Assembly (NCBI GenBank): GCA_951406725.2
Contig: OX597830.1
Location: 64,170,001 to 64,234,000 of the forward strand
Source: Octopus vulgaris
Lineage: Eukaryota
DNA: 64,000 nucleotides
Direction: 5' to 3'
Shown: piece by piece, positions 55,006-64,000 of the stretch
Numbering within the stretch: position 1 is the first letter of the stretch
Layout of the letters: every line of letters starts with the position of its first letter
The notes under the pieces: model-generated
Told to the model about the DNA's origin: nothing
The model's input: only the letters and a program-made list of their open reading frames with translations
Databases searched by the model: none
Made by a program: the position numbers and the translations under genes

Positions 55006-55555
55006 TGATGCAGTACCAGGCAGTGGCTCTCATGGCTTCTGATCTTAACTGATTGGAAGTGTTATCATGTACATTGTTTTGTCTTGGTATAAAAGATGGG
55101 CTACAGCAAATATTCTGCTCAATACCACAGATTTGCTTGTCAGTTGTTTGACCTTAACCAGTTGAACATGTCCCTTAGTGGCTGACGATATGTGCATCTC
55201 TGATCACGAGCAGAAGTAGTGGGGGAGCATCATAGCCATGTGTTGAAAGGGATTCTTTGGGGTTTGAATACTTCACCTCTGGAAACATGGGTATTTCGTT
55301 CAACATCCTTAAACAACCTTTATTCAGGGACCGTTTGAGCGGGATGGGCTACTCAACCTGAAGAAAATTCTAACTGGGCCCCACCTGCAAGGTCATGCGC
55401 TGTTTATCTTGATATGAGATCACCATGTCGCGCACATATGGTTGTGATGCATGTGCCTGGTGTACCTTTATCAGACGGGTAGTCATGATGGGTATATTGG
55501 GCTTCGTATATTTTACCCCAGTGTCACTTTGATGGCATGAACTGCTCTCTCACTC

Positions 55556-55556
<1 letters not shown>
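55006..55556. mobile_element. Unclassified ~550-bp insertion within an (AAT)n tract
   Basis: Complex sequence with sharp boundaries and (AAT)n on both sides. Confidence 0.45.
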
Positions 55557-55596
<40 letters not shown>

Positions 55597-55616
55597 TAAT
55601 AATAATAATAATAATG

Positions 55617-55677
<61 letters not shown>

Positions 55678-56002
55678 TATTGAAGAAAAAAAACAGCGGT
55701 GACTGGTTTCGATGAAAGAAATAGAATATCTGAGGTAAGCCATTAGAGCTGACATCCACATATTTTATGATCATTAAGGATTGTAATGAGGAAAGAGAAA
55801 AAGGAAGACGGAAGGAGAAGAAGAGGCTGTAGTGTAATGTATGCTTATGAGGTTCAGCTTGGCACTGTCTTATATACACAGACACAAACACACCGTCATC
55901 TACATGGAGACATCATGCATGTACACATTGGTATATATACGCAAACACGAAAACACAAATATATGTGTATATGTGTGTTTTTTATATGCGTGTATGGTTT
56001 TG

Positions 56003-56044
<42 letters not shown>

Positions 56045-56206
56045 GTAGGTAAATTCATGCATATTTGTATATATGTATGTGTGTGCGTGTGTAAATGTGT
56101 GCTTGTGTGTGTATCTCATACTCGTATATATATATATATATATATATGCAGGTACATTCATGTATATTTGTACATATATGTGTGTGTGCGTGTGTAAATG
56201 TGTGTG

Positions 56207-56294
<88 letters not shown>

Positions 56295-56298
<4 letters not shown>

Positions 56299-56603
56299 GG
56301 TGCATGGCTCAGCTTAAGATCATGAGGTTGTGAGTTCGATTCCCGGAACGAGCTACGTGTTGTGTTCCTGAGCAAGACACTTTATTTCACGTTGCTCCAG
56401 TTCACTCAGCTTTAGAAACAAGTTGCGATGTCACTGGTGCCAAGGTGTATCGGCCCCTTTGCCTTTCCCTTGGATAACATCGGTGACATGGAGAGTGGGG
56501 GCTGGTATGCATGGATGACTGCTGGCCTTCCATAAACAACCCTGCCCAGACTTGTGCCTGAGAGGGTAACTTTCTAGGTTAGTCATGATCGAAGGTGGTC
56601 TCA

Positions 56604-56605
<2 letters not shown>
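56295..56605 (+). mobile_element. SINE with family D-like head
   Basis: GAAGGTGCATGGCTCAG..GAGTTCGATTCCC..GTGTTCCTGAGCAAGACACTTTATTTCACGTTGCTCCAG. Confidence 0.75.
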
Positions 56606-56637
<32 letters not shown>

Positions 56638-56673
56638 TTTCACTAACTTAAAATAGAATAGAAGATCTGAAAT

Positions 56674-56719
56674 CCACCTGATGAATGTCCTGAGAAGAGA
56701 CATGAAACAATTGTAGTGG
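56674..56719 (+). ncRNA. Type I hammerhead ribozyme with a complete canonical core
   Basis: ccac-CTGATGA-atgtc(9 nt)gacat-GAAA-caattg-TA-gtgg. Confidence 0.8.
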
Positions 56720-56814
56720 CGAATATAATTTTATTTAATTTATATTAAAATTTTTTAATGTATTGGATTAAGTCTTTCTTTGTTTGATTTGCAAAATAGT
56801 GGTTTTGTCTCTAA

Positions 56815-56865
<51 letters not shown>

Positions 56866-56902
56866 TATATATGCGTATATAGGCATGTGTGTGTATATGT
56901 GA

Positions 56903-56944
<42 letters not shown>

Positions 56945-57389
56945 ATATTAGGAGTAAATCCAAACTTACAGGGAAAAATTAGATTTAAGATTAAATCAAA
57001 TTTCACAATATAAATATAAATTAAATTAGAGATAAAACCACTATTAGGCAAATCAAACAGTGAAAAACATAAACCAAAACATAAAAATAAATATAATTAA
57101 TATAATATACAAAATATATAAAATATAAATATAAATTTTTTTAATTTTTTAATTTATATTTATATCTATAAATTTTTATATCCTTTTATATTTTTTAAAT
57201 TTTAAATTTATAAATTTTTAAACTTTTAATTTTTTTAATATATAACTATCAAAAAGTATTAAAAAGTTTAATATAATAATACTTATTATATTATATTAAA
57301 CTTTTAAATACTTTTAGTTATATAAAAAAAAACATAAACCAAAACATAAAAATAAATATAATTAATATAATATACAAATATATATACGA

Positions 57390-57835
57390 CGTTTTGAAAC
57401 GTTTGAGGGAAGACATTCGGCGAATGCGACCGTATCTGTGGAGGGCGAAGAACTGGATTCTTCACGACGAAAATGGACCCAGCCACCGACCTCTCCTCAT
57501 TTGTGAGTTCCTCGCCAGAAACAACATGGTGTCGCTACCGCACGCGCCCTATTCGCCAGATTTAGCATCGGCAGACTTTCATCTCTTCCGCAAGAGGAAA
57601 ATACAGTTCATCACTGTTGTCGAGATGAAGAACGAATCTCAGAAGGACCAGAACCGCGACTCACTTACGGAAAACCACTTCCAGGCTGGATTCCAAAAGT
57701 GACACGAACGCTGACACCAATGTATTGCTGCGCAAGGTGACAATTTCGAGGGAGATGATATTAAAACTTAGGTAAATAAGTTATTTCTTTTATCAAGCAT
57801 CTTTATTTTGGGAACGTTTTGATACCATTTCGTAC
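57390..57835 (+). mobile_element. Mariner 3' relic
   Basis: WILHDENGPSH..PHAPYSPDLASADFHLF; ends ..GATACCATTTCG-TA. Confidence 0.8.
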
Positions 57836-57859
57836 ATACACACATACATGCATACATAC

Positions 57860-58045
57860 AGGGAGAATTCAGAAAAAAAACCAACAAAAGACGAAGACAG
57901 GTGGTGTAGACAACAAACAGATGTATTAGTATACCGCTCGGGAAGTGAAAAAGTCTTAAACGTTTCGAGCCTACGCTCTTCCACAGAAAGGAACACAGAA
58001 AGAAACAAGGCGAGAAAATAAAGAATGTGTAGTGGCTAGCAATAT
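57860..58045 (-). mobile_element. pLTR-like repeat with a degenerate hammerhead-like motif
   Basis: Minus strand cttt-CTGTGGA-a-gagc(gtag)gctc-GAAA-cg-TT-taag. Confidence 0.4.
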
Positions 58046-58456
58046 GTATGTATGTGTATATGTGCCAAGGTAAATGTAATGTATCTTTTAGGCGACTTTG
58101 AGCAGACATAAACTTATTTTTCTCGCTTCCTCGTTCGTGCGCAGAAAAAAGGAAGAGGAGAATAACCTGACCAGTTTTAGATCTAGTTGGGTTATTCAGC
58201 AGTAGTCACACAGACTACTATTCGGTCAACTGAAAAATACCGTATTTGATGGCCTACAAGACGCCCTTTTTTTTTTTTACCCCAAAATGAGTTAAAAAAT
58301 TCCCCTATGTCCAATGCACTCAATGTAGGCTCAAAGTTATACAGGTAAGTGGAGGAATTAAAACATTATTTTAGTGGTAATTTATTTTACAAAAAAATAG
58401 CCTAGGCTCGGGTGTGTTGTATGAACTCGTGCGTCTTATAGGTCATCAAATACGGT

Positions 58457-58842
58457 GTGGAGGCGCAATGGCCCAGTGGTTAGGGCAGCGGACTCGCGGT
58501 CATAGGATCGCGGTTTCGATTCCCAGACCGGGCGTTGTGAGTGTTTATTGAGCGAAAACACCTAAAAGCTCCACGAGGCTCCGGCAGGGGGTGGTGGTGA
58601 TCCCTGCTGTACTCTTTCACCACAACTTTTTCTCACTCTTACTTCCTGTTTCTGTTGTACCTGTATTTCAAAGGGCCGGCCTTGTCACTCTCTGTGTCAC
58701 GCTGAATATCCCCGAGAACTACGTTAAGGGTGCACGTGTCTGTGGAGTGCTCAGTCACTTACACGTTAATTTCACGAGCAGGCTGTTCCGTTGATTCGGA
58801 TCAACCGGAACCCTCATCGTCGTAACCGACGGAGTGCTTCCA
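58457..58842 (+). mobile_element. SINE family E with TSD
   Basis: CAAATACGGT at 58447-58456 and 58843-58852. Confidence 0.88.
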
Positions 58843-59307
58843 CAAATACGGTAAGTAGCTATGTAAATATGCATAGGCATTAAACGTGGTGGTTTCAGTA
58901 AATAATGCATTACTGGTTGTTAATTCAATTAATTAATTAATTGATTGATTAATTAATCATTGAATTAAACAGAGTGTATGGATTAATCATAAATATGTAC
59001 TAAGGCAAACCTAATGTTTTTAACAAATGCTGCGACACCCGCGATAATACACTCATATATTCAATATTAAACAAACATACATTAACATATAAATATATAC
59101 ATATTTAGAATAATACAGACAAATCTGTGCCATGTCTTGTCACACATTCTCACATATATATATATAAGCATACACATATATTCCATCAGCGATACATATA
59201 CATAAATATATAGGTACGTGTGTGTATTGCACGCAGACCTACAGACAAACACACACATACACATATATGCATACATGAAAGTATATACACATATATCCTA
59301 TTTTTAC

Positions 59308-59370
<63 letters not shown>

Positions 59371-59577
59371 GACATTTTTATTTTTTAATTTTTTATTTTA
59401 TTTATTGTTTTTTTTTGTTCTTTTCTTCCCTTTTACGATCCCTCTTGATCGAAAACCTACGCCACCCCCTTTTTTTTGTTTCTTTTGTTTTTTTGTTTTT
59501 TTCATCCCCCAAAAGAAAAGCTCTACCTTGTAACTTGTCCCATCTGTGTGCAGCCCTGTGTGGCCAATAAAGAAACT
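59371..59577 (+). mobile_element. Tx1-type LINE 3' UTR fragment inserted in (CTAT)n
   Basis: T-rich sequence ending CAGCCCTGTGTGGCCAATAAAGAAA, similar to the tail at 4665-4700; (CTAT)n on both flanks. Confidence 0.55.
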
Positions 59578-59612
59578 TATCTATCTATCTATCTATCTAT
59601 CTCCATCTATCC

Positions 59613-59689
<77 letters not shown>

Positions 59690-59789
59690 AATATATATAC
59701 ATACATGTATGTATGTATGCATGTATATGTGTGCGTGTTTAAATATATATAAATATATGTTCATGTATATACATGCACATATAAGTACA

Positions 59790-59828
<39 letters not shown>

Positions 59829-60416
59829 ACACACACACACACCTGTGCTATTTGAGGCGAAGAAAATAAAGAACGACCGTAAGGAGATTGTGTGTCAGAA
59901 CAAATAAATTAACCGAACATGATACAACAAAGATCACCCACCGTGTGTTATTGGCTGACCTTTGACTCTGGCTGACCTCTTCTCTACTGGTAAAACGTCA
60001 GCCATTAAATCACGTCTTCCTACAACTCTGTTTAACTCTTCACAACGAGAGCATTCCTTATCATCGTTGTTACGTACATCTTATATTACTGTTGCTATTG
60101 TTGTCGTTATTATTGTTGTTGTTGTTGCTGTAACTATCGTTGTCACAAGTGGGACACGTTCAAGTCGATATTTTTATATTCAAGTCAAGTTGATTTATTA
60201 TGTTCTCGCTGTAAGCGTCCTGTCCTTTGACGCTGCGCGCGTAAGCAAAAGCAGGGTATTGTAGCCGTTCGTCAGTTTTTCTGTGTGTTTGCAAAATTAC
60301 TGGAAAACGGTTGAACAGATTTTCACCAAATTTGTCAGAAATACTCATTGGGTGAGAGGCTCGATCTCATTAAATTTTGGCGGACGGGTGATTCAAAATG
60401 TATTTTTTGTTACATA

Positions 60417-60730
60417 GGCGTAGGAGTGGCTGTGTGGTAAGTAGCTTGCTTACGAACCACATGGTTCCAGATTCAGTCCCACTGAGTGGCACCTTGGGCA
60501 AGTATCTTCTACTATAGCCTCGGGCCGACCAAAGCCTTGTGAGTGGATTTGGTAGACGGAAACTGAAAGAAGCCCGTCGTAGACCACTTAGTGGGTTTTT
60601 AGCCCTTTTAAATATACACATGTATTAGAATTTTCTCTGATTTTTCAGATTTTCGTATGCTAGGCTACTGGTTTTAAATTGATATTACTTAAATTAACAT
60701 TCAATTTATCTCCCTCATTATTTAAATGTT

Positions 60731-60761
<31 letters not shown>

Positions 60762-60995
60762 GTATGTGTGTGTATATGTTTGTGTGACTGTGTTTGTCAC
60801 CCCCCCCCCAACATCGCTTGACAACCGATGCTGGTGTGTTTACGTCCTCGTAACTTAGCGGTTCGGCAAAAGAGCCCGATAGAATAAGTACTAGGCTTAC
60901 AAAGAATAAGCCCTGGGGTCGATTTGCTCGACTAAAGGCGGTGCTCCAGCATGACCACGGTCAAATGACTGAAACAAGTAAAAATAGTAAAGAGT
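60417..60995 (+). mobile_element. SINE family A with ~150-bp insertion at its internal microsatellite
   Basis: Head 60417-60580; 3' half 60770-60995. Confidence 0.85.
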
Positions 60996-62134
60996 ATGCG
61001 TAAATGATAAGCAGGGAAAATAACTCTTGATGTCATTTTGGTGAAATATAAAGTCGTCTGAGATTATGAAATTGAATTGTATTTTATCCTTGTATGCGAG
61101 AAGGGTATATATTACCCGTCCGATGCTGTTTTTCTCATTGTTTTTGTTTTGCGTTTTACAGGCGTTGTGTACCCAGGAGTATATTGTCGAATGTGTCGTT
61201 CGTTTAATTAAAAAAAGAAAAGAGAATTATTTGTAGTATGTGATCTGAGCGTTATTTAGGTTGTTATTTCTAATATGTTAAATAGCCATGCAATGTCTTC
61301 TTTGTTTATACCGCACGCATATACATACATACATACACAAGCACGCACGCACGCACACATGCATACATACATACATACATACATACATACATACATACAT
61401 ACATACATACATACATACATACATACATACACATACATACATACATACATACGTACAAACCTATTTCGGATTGATCACCGACAAAGACGGTGAATCTAGG
61501 ATAACATCACCAAACGAAATAAAAAATTAAATTAAAGAAAAGACTATTGTCTATAAAGTATAAAGAAAAAAAAAAGATTTGAACACCTGGAGGAAAGCAC
61601 CATCGAAAAGTGTCTTGGTGCGACTATGAAAGATATCTAACCAGAGGCAGTAAATTCGCCGCAATAGAAGCAAAGTTCGAGCGTGCAAGGGAGTACTCGA
61701 CTCCAACCTTGCAAAGTGGAAATATTTTATTTTCACCTTTATATCTGGGACGTAGGACGGGCTTACAATTCCAGTCTGTTATATATTTTGAGTATTGTTA
61801 TCACTAGCGATATCAAGATATAACTTTGTATTTTGTATTTTATGTGTAAATGTATATATATAGATGTACATGTAATATGTACACACATATATACACATAT
61901 ATACATGCACTGGCACTATGACCCGGCAACGACGGGTCATAATGCTAGTTTAAAATAAACGTTACGATTTATGAATAAAAGCATTGGTACCAAAACTTGA
62001 CTGGTACTTAATGTTATCGAACATAAAACAAAAAAATCAAAGCTGACCGCTGTAGAATATGGATTGAAAGAGCTGAAAGAACTGGCGCAAATATTGCTTC
62101 CACCTCGACGCTCTGACGATTCTGCTCACAAATA

Positions 62135-62762
62135 ATCCTTTCTACTGTAGGCACAAGGCCTGAAGATTTGGGGGCGGGGATAGTCGATTACATCGACCTC
62201 AGTACATAACTGGTACTTATTTAATCGACCCCGAAAGGATGAAAGGCAAAGTCGACTTCGGCGGAATTTGAACTCACAACGTAACGGCAGACGAAATACG
62301 GCTACGCATTTCGCCCGGAGTGCAAACGTTTCTGCCAGCTCGCCGCCTTATTCTGCTAATAAATAATCTTTTCTATTCTAGGCGCAAGGCCTGAAATTTT
62401 GGGGAGGGGCCAGTGGATTAGATCGACCCCAGTATGAAACTAGTGCTTAATTTAAGACCTCGAAAGAATGAAAGGCAAAGTCACCCTCAGCGGAATTTGA
62501 ACTCAGAACGTAGCAGCGGACGAAATACCTATTTCTTTACTACCGACAAGTGGCTAAACACAGAAGGGATAAACAAAGACAGACACATGGATTAAGTCGA
62601 TTACATCGACACCAGTGCGTAACTGGTACTTAATTTATCGACCCCGAAAGGATGAAAGGCAAAGTCGACCTCGGCGGAATTTGAACTCAGAGCGTAACGG
62701 CAGACGAAATACGGCTACGCATTTCGCCCGGCGTGCTAACGTTTCTGCCAGCTCGCCGCCTT
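62135..62762 (-). mobile_element. Nested SINE family B cluster (two type-2 tails, one type-1 tail)
   Basis: Junction GACGAAATACC|TATTTC near 62530; TTCTGCT..AAATAAT repeated at 62120, 62350 and 62763. Confidence 0.85.
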
Positions 62763-62929
62763 ATTCTGCTAAACAAATAATACAAATCTCATTGTTTGAT
62801 TTGTTATTGTATTTCATGGTATCCAACCATTTTGCACTCCATTCTTTTGAAGCGGTACACCATCTTTGCTGGACATGATCAAGAGGTATGCAAGAAGGAA
62901 AAGAGGAGAACTTCTGAAATCTTTTGTCT

Positions 62930-63217
62930 TGGACTAGTTTCAGTTATTGGATTGCGTTCATGCACGGGTACCGCATTGAAGGGTTTTAGTCGAACAAACT
63001 GACCCCGGTACTAATTGCTTTATAAAGTTTAGAACTTATTTCATCGGTACTTTTTGCCGAACCACTGACTTACAGGGGGATAAACAAGACAACACCGGTT
63101 GTAAAGCGGTAGCTGGGGGTGACAATTACAGACATAAAAACACGCGCGAACGCTTATATATGCATCCATCTGTCAGTCTGTATGTCCGTCTGTCCGTTTG
63201 TCTCTATCTACCTGTCG

Positions 63218-63288
<71 letters not shown>

Positions 63289-63383
63289 AATCAATCTATC
63301 TATCTATCTATCTATTCACCTATCTATTCACCTATCTATCATACACACATACACACACTCTCTCTCTCTCTCCACACAAACAC

Positions 63384-63428
<45 letters not shown>

Positions 63429-63590
63429 TATACGTCAGTCTTTCACACAGTTTCCGTCCACCAAATCGACGCACGAAGCCTTGATGGGCCCGGAGTCATA
63501 ACAGAAACCACTAGTCCAAAGTGCTGCAGCCGCACAGTGGGACCGAATCCCGAATCTACATGGCTGCAAATTGATCCTCTTAAAATCACG
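62930..63590 (-). mobile_element. Diverged SINE family A copy with expanded internal microsatellites
   Basis: Recognisable CAGTTTCCGTC.ACCAAATC and GCAGTGGGAC.GAA-like motifs. Confidence 0.6.
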
Positions 63591-63955
63591 CAACGAAACC
63601 TTCAGACAAAAGGTAAGAACTACAACGATCGATATGCGAGGATCAAATTATGTTAGTTATCGGTTGCTGAGTTTCGTTTTTAAGTTGAGCTTTAGGGCGA
63701 ATTTGAAACCGTGTCTCAACCTTCACAGCTTAGGCTGCAACATGACGTAACGTCTTTAGAGAAACTCTTAATAACCCCGTGTGAAATTAGTGCAATGTAA
63801 TGTACCAGGTGACCCTAGTCGAGTAAGTGTTGTTGTTGTTGTTGTTGGTGTGGTGGTGGTGGTGGTGGTGGTCAGTAAGCTTTGCTTGAGGGTAAATGAA
63901 AGATTAAGCAATAGTAAAACACACATACACGCATTCACATACACGTATATACCCG

Positions 63956-63986
<31 letters not shown>

Positions 63987-64000
63987 ACAACATGTACATA

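Noticed and set aside
60225-60415. DINE-1/Helentron-like fragment
   Set aside because: General resemblance only; termini could not be defined
61140-61260. Splice-acceptor-like TTTTACAG and possible host exon
   Set aside because: Short reading frames, no clear donor, no recognisable protein

Overview
Repeat-saturated, AT-rich animal genomic DNA with no recognisable host gene exon. The SINE repertoire and extreme microsatellite load suggest an octopus (my inference, not verified). Almost everything is transposon-derived. There are two Penelope-like elements: a Neptune-type RT+GIY-YIG copy, and a decayed Naiad-type copy inside a ~4.48-kb tandem amplification. There are also Tx1/L1-, RTE-, CR1- and R4/Dong-type LINE pieces, three mariner pieces (one full-length with TIRs and TA duplication, nested in the RTE), several Helitrons (including a head-to-tail dimer and a Pif1-bearing mini element), a large foldback element and at least five tRNA-derived SINE families. 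Two signals stand out. (1) A Tx1-type LINE and a SINE share a 3' tail and repeatedly join at the same two positions in the tRNA-derived head of that SINE family, building head-to-tail arrays, one of which became a 14 x 117-bp array. (2) About nine minimal type I hammerhead-ribozyme-like motifs occur, including one perfect core, U3-A8 covariant cores, and one carried in the tail of a tRNA-headed SINE-like element. All calls are by eye; no alignment, search or folding was run.
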